This document shows positions 1 to 10,922 of a stretch of 64,000 nucleotides of DNA, piece by piece (the stretch's first letter is position 1; each line of letters starts with the position of its first letter). A model generated the notes under the pieces. That model saw only the letters and a program-made list of their open reading frames with translations, had not been told where the DNA came from and made no database searches. The translations under genes and the position numbers were made by a program. Source of the stretch: Catajapyx aquilonaris (Eukaryota); the NCBI GenBank assembly GCA_000934665.2, contig KZ538766.1, forward strand, positions 1-64,000. The letters run 5' to 3'.

Positions 1-326
1 AGAATTCAACAATACCTCGGACATGAGCAATGGCCAAGTTACAGCAAGAGAAATTCCATTAAAATCTTTCGATGATTAAACTTAAGGTCGACCTGGAAAA
101 ATAAACTTAGTGGTTTAGGTTGAAGAAGTTGAGAATGCCAGTAATTGACAACGACGTTGAACTTGGCCGTATTTCAGATCTCACCACTTTTTACGGCCAA
201 GCAGTCAGGAGAACTTGGCATTTTTTTTACAGAAAGGTTTCTGGTGGTACTTGTTATTTGAAGTAGGTTACGACACATGCAGTGTACATTGTCTGAGTGT
301 TAGTCCCTAAAAATGAGGAAACATAC

Positions 327-3300
327 TCCGTGATAGTTACGAAGCGCTTGCATCATACATCGCTTCAGTGCATCAATTATCTCGTGACCGGGCTCCTGGA
401 ACGCCACCGTCGAGAACCACTGGGTGAGCGTGTCATTCAGTGTGGCCACAAATCCCATCACGCTCTTCTTGTTCTTCGCAACACCCTCATGGTAGACATC
501 AATGCCTATCACCATGGGGTTTTTCTGTCACAACGAGAACATTCATTAAAACATTAAAATCGAATAGCATTGCAGCAATGAATGAGACTTACCACAGGCA
601 TTTTCACGGCCCAGGGAGCGCCTCCCAGCTTGCAGTTAATCTGCAACGCAATCTTTTGTGTCACGGTCCTCAGCTTCCGTTCATCTCCACTCAAGGTTCG
701 AGACACAATGACCTGCGATGGAACAGGCTTGTCCGCCCCGCACAACTTCTTAATGGCGGAGTAGAGGTCGTCTCTGGACGTTGGCATGATTATGGTGGCA
801 AACTGCAAGTTTTCGTTGATGCACTCGGACAAGCTGCGGACAAATTCCCCCACTCGGGGACGCTGGGACAGCATCACATCCCTAGGAGGGGCTATCCTGA
901 TTCCCATCTGCTCGGATACCTAAAAATAATAAAAGTAATTTAAGATTCGGCGCAAACAACTTCTAAGAAAGTACATTGCATTACTTGATATAAAAACTCA
1001 CCTTCAGAATGGTATACGTGAAGTCTTTAGCCTGGCGGTGGTTTGTACTACTGTAAATCAGCACCCAATTCCGCAACTCAACCTACAGAACGAAACCAAA
1101 TCTCAGGTTAATATAACCCTTTCTACTGCTCAATCGTTGCAGATTATATTGACAGACAGAATAAACGAGAGGAAAGTAAACAGGGCAATATCTTTGTAAT
1201 TTGAAAAAATTAAAAAAATTAATGTAATTTGGCAACCGAAAAAAATTAAATGCATTCTCAATCTGTAGCTTCCACCTGCCGTAAGAGATGAAAACATCCC
1301 CCCAGATGATCAGGCGTTGGGCCTAATTACTCTACGCCCAGGCCCTGTGCAATTAGTCCATATCTTAATGATCCAAAAGGCTGTGCACCTCGAAAACCTC
1401 GGCAAAACATTACTCAAAAACTAAACACAGAAAAAGACGCAACCCGCCAAAAGAGAACGGTTGGGATGCAAAATAAATGGTAACTGACTGGCTGCAAGAT
1501 GGGGCCTTGGACGAGCATCTTCCCCCAGTCTGCCTTGCGGTTCCCGATGTCTTCTCCATTTCCGACGATGATACTCTCCAAAGGCAGGATACGAGCTTCC
1601 AGAGGTACAGTAGCCTTGTCCAAGCTGAGCCCCCAGTTGGCCAGGACATCCTTCGCCTCCTGGCAGTCTGTTAGCACGCAACAAAACGGTAAGTAAAAAG
1701 CACTCGCCAAACACGAAACAGGTTTTACCATCAACGTTCTTCAGAAACTTTTGCAGCGCAATTTGTCTCTGGAAGGGCGTCAATTTGGTATGCTTATTAA
1801 TATCTTTCATCAAATTATAGTTGGATCTTTGGTCATCTGTCAGCCCACTCATGTAACAGAGCTCTGGCACAAGGCAGACGAGCTGTGTGGTCATCTCCTT
1901 CCCACGCTCCTTCTTCTTCAGCTTGTGCATGAGCATGGGCTGAGTCTTGTCTCGGATATCCAGGTTGTACGCACTTTTGTAGTAGTCAATGTACGTCATC
2001 TAGGAAGATAGGCTGTTGTTAATAATTTTTCCCGAACAAAACTTCATTCTACAGTAAACTGAAGAACTCACCCGAGTTCCGTCCCAGCGGTCGAAGGTGT
2101 CTGTAGGGTGCCAGTCCCATTCGATGTCATCCACCTTATACATCTTATTATTATAGCGAGTCAGTACGTGAGCACCGATCATCGCTTTCAGGACCTCATC
2201 CCTGTAGGTTCCACTATCGTGTTTCATAATTTCCCTCCTGCATAGCACATTACATACATTAACAACAACTCGTCACATCCCGACAGCAATGAACCAATGA
2301 CAATGTTCATAGCATCAATTGAACCATGCCAGAAGCATCGCTAAAACTTACATGACATCATGCACAGTCTGCGTGCGCAGTACTTTATGCGACACATCGC
2401 AGCACAGCATCAGCCCACCCTCGTACTCGTGGACAGCTGTGACGTAACCTGGCCACACTTCCAGTCTTTAGAGAGAATCAAAATTATTAGCCGATGAGCA
2501 TCATAGTCAAAATCTACCGTAACGCAAACGTAAAATACTGACCTATGTTGCGGAATCTGCGACCCATTCGCTGGATTGTAGTAGTTTCTCATTCCGACTT
2601 TGACCAGGTTCAACTTGGACATAATCTTGTTCATGAGCACGTTGTAAAAATGGATTCCGTATTCACTGTTCTTGTGCTTCAGAGTCAGCCTGAGTTGTAC
2701 TGCGACCTGGTCTACAGGGTGGGTCGATGTTAAGTACGTGACCTTCTCAGGCAACTCGTACGGCAGGTAGAGTTTGGCACCATCGAAATTCCGGGTTGGC
2801 CCCAGAATCTCCGATTGCTCTTTCAACAACAAGAAGCGCATGTTCTTCGAATCCACAACGGGATCGAAGGTCACCTCGTACTCGTACATCCCCTTTCCTT
2901 CGGCAACATTGAGATATATGTAGTTGGCCGTTGCATTCACTCTGTAAGCAGACGGGTTAAGGTCACAAGATCAACGGATGGGTAACGCAGTGCAACTCAC
3001 GTCTGTCCGGAAGTCCCTCTGCGATTGGCAGGAGGTGGATGCGGCTTTTCCAGCGACATTCTGGACAAATCTTCCGTGATGCTTCTGGATGATGTAGGTT
3101 GGCATGTACTGTTGAGAAATCCGTACATTATAGCATCCCATAATATTTTGATGATCGGTTAGGATTAGGACTCACCTCCCGCTTACTACTGACACTGCGG
3201 CTACCACGCCGGCGATAACTGCTTTCCCGCGGCCACTGGGACCTGAAGAAATCATGCTTCCCGAGGTCTTAGATGACGTAGACGCAGGTGGCGCCACGAA

Positions 3301-3703
3301 TCCTCCGACGGCTCCAGCATCACCCCGAGGACCTCTAACAGGCTCGGACGACCCTGCCTGAATCAGGGCCTGCAGCAAGGCAGCCCTTCCGACTGGCCTG
3401 GCTCTAGGCGGTTCCACTGCCACCGCAGGCTGTGACGGTGTCGGCACCTTGAATCGAGATCATTAATAATTCCGGTTCAATAAGAGTGGCAAAAATGGGA
3501 AAGATGCTGACAACATCTGCCACATAAAATTTTATCTTCAGTCGTAATGTCCTGACATTTTTGACTTTACAGACTGGAAGAGGAATGACGTTGATACATA
3601 CATGGCTTTGCTCAGCCTGTGCCGGTCCAGGCCTTCTTGCCCTCTCCTCCTGCTCCTTCAAGGCCTGCAGCAAGGCGGCTCCTCTGCCGCCACGACCAGC
3701 CAT
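327..3703 (-). CDS. Ago3: PIWI-clade Argonaute, Ago3/PIWIL2 type, 3'-partial. Exons approx. 3703-3602, 3447-3176, 3108-3001, 2941-2543, 2465-2352, 2237-2072, 1999-1729, 1667-1489, 1082-1002, 919-593, 524-327; rest of the PIWI domain lies left of the window
   Basis: PAZ (VLTRYNNKMYKVDDIEW, YYKSAYNLDIRDKTQP, LVPELC), MID (YSAIKK, VPSQV, QINCKLGG) and PIWI start (MVIGIDVYH) motifs joined by in-phase GT-AG junctions. N-terminal GRGAALLQAL and GIDVYH fit the Ago3 subclade. Confidence 0.92.
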
Positions 3704-3949
3704 CTCTCGCTCCAACTATTCTCTACAAATGCAATAAAGATAAATCAGCATTCTTTGGGCCAGTCTATTAATCAGCAAATGCCACGAAACACGTTACTCA
3801 TTCTTACTCACTTATGCATCAGAGCATCGATAGGGACGTGACATGAAATGCGCACCCTTTTCGGAGCCTGGGGGGGGTCACAGGATCTTAAATTCCTGCG
3901 AATTATGTGAGGTTATGATCCTTTCTCAAGGCATAGAACAAAAGGAGAT

Positions 3950-4085
3950 GGAAATAAATGGCCGCCCTAGGAATATGGTGACGTCACACACACACAACTT
4001 TAACGCAGCTGTTACAAAATAAATAACACGTTGGTGCAAATAAGCAGCTTTGATCGTTTAAAGGTAAGCTGCTATCGATAACGGA
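3950..4085 (-). promoter_or_regulatory. Putative Ago3 promoter region with YY1-like, CRE and DRE motifs
   Basis: AAATGGCCGCC at ~3956, TGACGTCA at ~3979 and TATCGATA at 4073-4080, upstream of the first coding exon. Confidence 0.45.
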
Positions 4086-4253
4086 TTTGTGGCGCATGCG
4101 CAATGGGAGCAGGAAAGATGTTGGAAATAATAAGGAACATATTTACACGTAGGAAATATGAGGGAAAAAAAATACCTTAATTGCATTTAAGGCTTGAAAA
4201 TGTCTAGAAAAATTTGGGTTTCGTCCAGTTTGGTTGGAAATATGAGGAAATAT

Positions 4254-4265
4254 AATAATAACAAG

Positions 4266-4336
<71 letters not shown>

Positions 4337-4611
4337 TCATACCCCACGGCTGCTCTTTATAGGGGGGATAAATTATATTCATTTGACTGGAACTCTTCGT
4401 TTCGTTTTTACTGCGCTTTTTTGGGGGTAGGATCGGAAAGGAAGCAAGCGGCTGTGGCCTATTAGTTTGGGAAACAACTCCGGAATTCTCCTGGAGGAAC
4501 TGTGGGAAACCACAGAAAAACACGGTTAGGGATGCCGGCACCGGGATTCGAACCCAAGACCTCCCGATTAGCACTCAGATACCATATCCTATCCGCCACC
4601 ACTGCTTCGGT
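4254..4611 (-). mobile_element. tRNA-derived SINE with (ATT)n tail
   Basis: Minus-strand B box GGTTCGAATCC; body GTGGTTTCCC...GGCCACAGCCGCTTGCTTCC; tail is the (AAT)n tract at ~4263-4335; 14-bp direct repeat ATATGAGGAAATAT at 4240-4253 and 4612-4625. Confidence 0.75.
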
Positions 4612-5288
4612 ATATGAGGAAATATTAATTTTGCAAATTTTAGATTGGCAATTAGAAGTTAATTAGGGTTGAAAATATGAGGGAAAAATTATCTTAATTG
4701 CATTTAGGTTGGAAATGTCAATAATTTGTTTTTTTGCAGTTTGGTTGGAAATTTGCGGAAATATTATTTTTGCAAATTTTAGATTGGAAATTGGAAGCAA
4801 TTAGGGTTGGAAGTGTGAGGAAAAATTCGTTTCTTGTACACTTGTTGGAAATAATAAATGATTAGAGATGGAAATGTGAGCAAATAATTTAGTTTTTGCA
4901 AATGTGAAGCAAAATTCATTTTTAGCCCAGTTTAGTTGGAAATATGAGGAAATTGTATTCGGAAATGTGATGGAAACATTTAAGTTTTTCACATTTAAAG
5001 TTGGAAAGTTGATTAAATTGGGGTTGGACATAGGTTTCGCACATTTAGGTTTCTATAATATCGAGGAAATATCACTATTAATGCTAGAATGAACAATTGA
5101 CAGGCAATTAAATATTCGATATGGCATAGAATGGTGTGATAGCTAGACAAATATTGTTTCATGGTAAATACCTATTAATAAATATCTGAATGACAACCAG
5201 TGCGTGAAGTGTATTGATTCACTTTTTATTACAATACAGGATAATTCTTTTTAGTGATGTAACCACAATTTCTGAACCCTGCTTTTTT

Positions 5289-7110
5289 TTACTTGGCGGC
5301 CTTGCCCTTCCCTCCCTTTCCGGATGACGGTGCTGCTGCGGTTGTGGCTGCAGCTGCAGGCTTGGCGGACGCGACCTTCTTTGGGCCTGGAGGCTTCTTG
5401 TGCTTGGCCGCCTTGCTCTGGGCCTTCAGGACCTTCACCACAATCTTCTGCTCCTCAATCAGGAAAGCACGGAGGATCCTAAAGAGAGGGGGTTATCCCA
5501 TAATCACAACACGGACAATTAATGGTGCAGTCGACTTACTTCTCCCTGACACACTTGTGGCAGAGGACACCGCCATAGGGACGCTTGACGGTCTTCAGGC
5601 GGAGGCTCAACCTGGACTTCTCAAAGCTGCGGGCTGGCCTGATGCCCTTCAGCTTGGTCTTGCACTGGCCGCATTTGGGCACACGCTTCAGCTTCTTCTG
5701 GTGCTGGCATATCAGATGGCCACCAGGGGCACGGATACTTGAAAGGCAAAGTTAGCTGGCGTTACGAGAGGCGAATTGGTAAGTGTAATGAAAATGTCCA
5801 ACAAATGACATTTTCGGTTCAAATACAGGGTGTTCCAAGTTTGGTGGGCCTTTTAGTTATGGGAAATTTCGCTCAAATCAGCAATGTTTTTTGTAGCTTG
5901 TTGTTGTGCCCATAACCAGTTTCCCTATTCAGCTGAAAGTACTGAGGCACCTGGACCGGACCACATGCTACACTAAAATAATTACTTGGGACAATATCAT
6001 TGATAAAGAAAAATGGCCCCTGAACTTGGCACACCCTGTAATTACCTCCACAGCCATATGTGACATCAAATTAAAATGAATAATGTAGATATTGTGAAGA
6101 AATACATATAATAAAGGAATAACGATAATAGATAATTAAACAATATAGATAAATAGGTACACGATGGAGGTGGATCAATAGAATTAATTGGTACAAAAAC
6201 AATTCCAAATTGTGCTGTTGAAAAGGAGCAACTTTTACATTAATTTTACGTACACTTCACTCCATAGTAAAGTTACAATATTTACGTAACTCAAATGTGT
6301 AGCTTCAAACTTAATAATTAAAGGGAGGCGTGGTAGTCTAGTGGTTACGCCACTGACTAGCCAAGTGGGAGGCCTGGGTTCAAATCCCGCCCCCGTCACC
6401 TCTGCTGGGCCGGGTCTTTTTCCGCTTTTCACCCGACACGCCGGGGCAGCATTGCACTCCCTTAGCTGCCCGGGGCCAGAGAAAAGGTCTGGTGATCTGA
6501 CAGAGTCGTGAGTGACTATAAACCGTGGATGCCCCCCCTTGGGAACCCTTCCCCTCCCCCCAAAACGAGCCGCAATGGCTCGAGCACGGGGTAACAATTT
6601 AAAAAAATTAATTAATAATTATAACAAAAAACGCCCTTTTCCAACAGCAAAAATTCATCCGTTATAATAACTGTCATTTAAATTCATTTCTATAGCAATA
6701 TCAAGCCAGTGGAACATTATGTATGAGAACAAAGTTATGAATTTTGTCACATAAATTCTCAAAATGGCGGCACTTGCGCTCAAATATGTCGGTGTGAGTC
6801 TAAATATTTTTTCCAATATTTATTTTTCAAAGCACTAACAATAAATGCGGCTCTTCAAGTGTCCGTCACATAATTTTTGGAACGTGCACTCGAGGCATAA
6901 TTTTCATGTCGCACTATCCATTGTTATACATCATTTTAATCGGCCCAACATGCTGAATAAACACGTGACAAAATCATACGTGCGGCCTAAGTACCAACAA
7001 CAACAATTCCACAAAAAAATGTACACGTGTCGTTCGATATATTACATTTTGCTCCTGTTGCTTGGTGTGTTGTACGAGAGTCGACGCCTGTACACCACAC
7101 GCTCCACCAT
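5289..7110 (-). CDS. RpL34: 60S ribosomal protein L34 (eL34). Coding exons 7110-7046, 5737-5540, 5478-5289; probable non-coding first exon ~7265-7222
   Basis: Spliced translation MVERVVYRRRLSYNTPSNRSKIIRAPGGHL...PKCGQCKTKLKGI...[31 protein letters not shown], followed by a Lys/Ala-rich tail. Confidence 0.96.
5826..6038. mobile_element. Tc1/mariner-type MITE in RpL34 intron
   Basis: TIRs CAGGGTGTTCCAAGTT / AACTTGGCACACCCTG flanked by TA on both sides. Confidence 0.7.
6322..6600 (+). mobile_element. tRNA-derived SINE in RpL34 intron
   Basis: A box TAGTCTAGTGG and B box GGTTCAAATCC in a tRNA-like head with no proper acceptor stem, followed by a GC-rich body and an A/T-rich tail. Confidence 0.7.
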
Positions 7111-7221
7111 CTTTATGCCTGTGGATGAAAGAGTGACGCGGTTAGAACCTTCCTCTGTCCACTCCGCCTCCGGATGATTCAAGAATCCGGGACAAATCCG
7201 GAGATAAACCCGGATTTTCAC

Positions 7222-7620
7222 CTCAACTTATTTCGATGCCGACAACGCGAAGTTCCAGAAAAAGCAATATGGCCGACCAAGTGACGTCACGAGTCGAAAT
7301 GAACGCAGCAGCTTGGTTAGGTCGACAAAGCTAATAAAAGTAACAGGTGCGTTTGGAATAACAGCTACCAGCTGAAATCAGCCGCCAGTTTTATTTAATT
7401 ATAATTATTTACAATGTCATTATTAACAGTTTACATATCTAGTAATTGCACTGGCGGTGTGTTCGTATTAAATCGTTCTTGAAACAAAGTGTTGGTCTGG
7501 CAACTGTGCGACCAAATCACCCACTTACAAAGCAGCAGACAATTTCCTTTTCCTTTTTTTCTCTTTTTTAATTAACTCTCAAGCACTTTCAAAATTAATT
7601 TTTTCGCCCAACAAAAAAGT
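7222..7620. promoter_or_regulatory. Bidirectional promoter shared by RpL34 and Vti1a
   Basis: Divergent starts ~350 bp apart. Pyrimidine TCT/TOP-like start GCTTTTTCTGG on minus at ~7265, ATATGGCCG at ~7268 and TGACGTCA at ~7282. Confidence 0.6.
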
Positions 7621-9238
7621 ATGGAGTCGCTTTTAGAAAACTACGAGCAGCAGTACGGTATACTCAGCGCCGACATAACCTGCAAGATAGGGAAGATACA
7701 ATGCCAGGCGGCAGGTACAGTACGATGAGCAACGCAAAGCCCATTAATTTTGTACTGAGGACATCATGTCATCACAGTTAAATAAATCTACATTACAAAA
7801 TTAAGGGGGGAAAAAATATATGTTTTAGCATGTCGTGTCGCCATGCCAGCGTAACACCAACTGTTGTCGACGCATCACAACTCATTGCCACGGAAAGCCA
7901 AATCTGGACAAACAGACACAGAGACATTTTCCCATTTTATGATAACATAGATGTCGACGCATCACAACCCGTTGCCAGTTGAACCACAAGTTGCCATGAA
8001 AGCCAAATCTAGACAAATAACAGACACGCACACAAATCTGGACAAACAGACACGCAAACAGTGCCATTTCATGATAACATAGATGTCAATACATCACAAC
8101 CCGTTGCCATGTTAAGCACAAGTTGCCATGGAAGCCAAATCTGGACAAACAGACACGTAAACATTGCCATTTCATGATAATAACGTACATATGTCGACGC
8201 ATCGCAACCCGTTGCCATGTGAACCACAAGTTGCCATGGAAGCCATATGTGGACAAACAGACACGCAGACATTACCATTTTATTTTAATAGATGCAAGAT
8301 GGCAACCTTTTGTCGACACATGGCAACCTTTCGTCGACACATAGCAACCTTTCGTCGATGCATGGCAACCTTTTGTCGAAGCATGGCAACCCGTTGCTGT
8401 GTGGACGAGGTTGCCATGGAAGCCACATCTGTACAAACAAACGTTGCCATTTTATAATAATAAATTAATAGAGATGTATTGTGTGCAGGTGACAAGCGGC
8501 AGCTGGTGTCGCACACGGAGCGTAACATCGAGGAGCTGCAGGAGTTGGTATGTTCTGTTGAGGCGTACGTTGTTTCGTACTGTACGTGTGCTAATGTGCA
8601 TGACCTGCTCAGTTGGAACAGATGGACCTGGAGGTTAGAAATGTTGCGCAGGAATCGAGGCCGAAGCATCAGATGAGACTGCAGAGCTACCGGGCCGAGC
8701 TGGTCAGACTGGAGAGGGAGTTCCAGCAGGCAAAGGCTTCCAGGAGCGAAGGTACAATCGGCTGGAATTACATGCTGGAAAAAATCATTGGAATAATTAT
8801 TATAATTTGTAGCGGTTCGTACCGAGCTGGGGCTTGACGAGAGCGAGTTGGATCCAGGGGCAGACTTGGGTCAGCGTCAGAGGCTGTTGGACAACACGGA
8901 GAGACTGGAGAGGACCGGCAACCGCCTGGATGCTGGATACAGGGTGGCGGTTGAGACGGAGGAGATTGGACAGCAGGTTCTGGAGCAGCTTCATTCGCAG
9001 AGAGAGACCATACAGAGATCTAGAGGACGGGTGAGTCGCAAAGGTTTGCATACAGACAGCGTACTAATTACTGCTTCGTTTTTAGTTGCGGGACACGGAC
9101 GAGGAGTTAAGTCACGGCTCCCGAGTCTTAACCAAAATGATGGTCCGAGTGGCGCAAAACCGTGCGCTTCTCTGGGCCATCGCAATCGTCATGATCACGC
9201 TTATTGCCCTGGGAATATACTACTCCGCCACAAGATGA
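7621..9238 (+). CDS. Vti1a: Qb-SNARE Vti1a. Exons 7621-7714, 8489-8547, 8613-8751, 8813-9030, 9086-9238
   Basis: MESLLENYEQQYGILSADIT..., LEQMDLEVR, QRQRLLDNTERLERTGNRLDAGYRVAVETEEIGQQVLEQLHSQRETIQRSR and a C-terminal transmembrane anchor; all junctions are in phase. Confidence 0.93.
7835..8455. repeat. Tandem repeat (~105-130 bp units plus short GGCAACC/GTCGAC units) in Vti1a intron 1
   Basis: Recurrent ATGTCGACGCATCACAACCCGTTGCC...AAGTTGCCATGGAAGCCAAATCTGGACAAACAGACAC. Confidence 0.85.
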
Positions 9239-9453
9239 AACCGGATTGCTCCTTCAAACAATGGACCAGAACTGTACATTAGACTCGCTACATCTATTTA
9301 TTTCATGTGCCCTGTATATTTAAAAATGTGTTGTAAATTATGTATAATGAACATTCCAGCTGATTAGGCTGAATTAAAGATGACCATGCTGCAATGCCTA
9401 CGTTTTACTGGGAACAACATCTCGACATTACCTGTAACAAAATAATTTCCTGC

Positions 9454-9724
9454 TATAGTAGGTGTAAGCTAACTTATGGGTTTTGGGAGGAGGCTTGTGT
9501 CCTTGGCGACCATAATAAGCCCCGCCCCCTGCTACGATTGGTGGGGAAATATTGGTTACCACTTTCGTGTAAACAAGCTCATCTTCCTCGAGGTTTTGGA
9601 AAATAACGCCCATCCCCTTTGAAATCGATCCTTATTGGTCGACTGGAAGGGGGCGTGGCTAATTATGGCTGCCAAGGACACAAGCCACCTCCCAAAACCC
9701 ATAAGTTATCTTACCCCTACTATA
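9454..9724. mobile_element. MITE with ~75-bp terminal inverted repeats
   Basis: TAGTAGGTGTAAGCTAACTTATGGGTTTTGGGAGG... is mirrored by ...CCTCCCAAAACCCATAAGTTATCTTACCCCTACTA. Confidence 0.8.
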
Positions 9725-9980
9725 ATGGATACCCCGTGCTAGGCCTCCTTGGGCCTCTTAGGGATCATCTTTTATTCAACCGACTTTAATCATTGCCTGC
9801 GCTGTGATGGATTTTGATAGCGGGAGGAAACGGGAGAACCCCGAGAAAACCCACGCGAACACGGAGAGAACCCATTGAAACTCGATCCACATAAGCATAT
9901 ACTCAGTCTGACCCGGGGATCGAACTCAGGACCTTCGAGGTGGAAGGCTGCGGCGCTAACCATTCCGCCAGTGTCCTCCT
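9722..9980 (-). mobile_element. tRNA-derived SINE with V-SINE-like central domain
   Basis: A box TGGCGGAATGG and B box GAGTTCGATCC; body GTTCTCTCCGTGTTCGCGTGGGTTTTCTCGGGGTTCTCCCGTTTCCTCCC; 11-bp TSD TTACCCCTACT at 9711-9721 and 9981-9991. Confidence 0.75.
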
Positions 9981-10175
9981 TTACCCCTACTCTAACACAT
10001 GGACAGGTTTACCGATGAAGTTGGGTAAGAACCTAGAAATGCAGTCGCAAGTAATAAGCTTGTACGATTATCTTATACAGCAGGATCAATATTTCATCAT
10101 AAATAATAATTTCATTCAAAAAATAATTTATTTTTTGTTTTCGATTCACCAGCGAATGACAGAATTTCACAAATA

Positions 10176-10667
10176 ACGTCTCGGTGGCCGCCTTCTTGGC
10201 TGCAGGTTTTCCCCCCGGCTTCAGTTTCGACACCTCAATCAGCATGTTGCGGAATCCAAGTGTCAAACCCTGGAATCAACAGGCATTACATGAGTACAAT
10301 TTCATATTAATGCAAAAAAAAAACAATGCGATGAAACATTACAAATTGGGATCAGATTATAAGTCAAATCACAGGTGTTCATAACCCAATGCTCTGAATT
10401 AATGTGGGTTTCATCACATCCGGGCCTTGCAGCTCAAAATGGCGCTTTTAAAATTAATTAATGCACCGATAATTTGCTCACCAGATCTTTGTTGTAAATG
10501 ATGACGGGACATGCTTCTGGACACAGCGATGGTTGCGCATCTTTCCCTTTCCGGTATGGAATCGGAAGGACTCGCACGCCAGGTGGTATAGGGTTACACG
10601 GCAGCACCAGTCACCTCATTCTTCTCGCTGTACACACTGATCAACAGTCGGGCTCCCGTCACCGACT
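10176..10667 (-). pseudogene. Collapsed RpL4 duplicate hosting a snoRNA: pseudo-exon 10665-10482, intron 10481-10270, pseudo-exon from 10269
   Basis: [23 protein letters not shown] (exon 2 copy) is fused to a GKGKMRNHRCVQK-like exon 5 copy with a frameshift. GLTLGFRNMLIEVSKL (exon 6 copy) is fused to KPAAKKAA (tail). GT/AG sites intact; AATAAA at 10127-10132. Confidence 0.88.
10347..10422 (-). ncRNA. Box C/D snoRNA, SNORD88/snR76-like, copy 2 (in the mini-duplicate intron)
   Basis: C box GTGATGA, guide ATTCAGAGCATTGGG, D' ATGA, D CTGA; 10350-10417 is identical to 12060-12127. Confidence 0.85.
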
Positions 10668-10922
10668 GCAAGTAGATTTCTCGACATTTTACATTAGAAT
10701 AATGTTAACATATCAAATGGACAGCTAGACAAAAAATGAAGCCCATAGGAAATTTTCCTATGCGAGTGACTATCTCCATAATGTTAGTCGAGGTTACATT
10801 AGAAACTCCTGCTCACAGCATACGGACAAAATATCAGCCAGTTTACACCACCAATTAAGACAATGTATGTTTTCAGAGCACTTTATTCTGGCAGACTCGT
10901 TATTATTTACGACAAGCGTCTT

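Noticed and set aside
6322..6398. tRNA gene
   Set aside because: A and B boxes are present but there is no proper cloverleaf or terminator; it continues into a SINE body.
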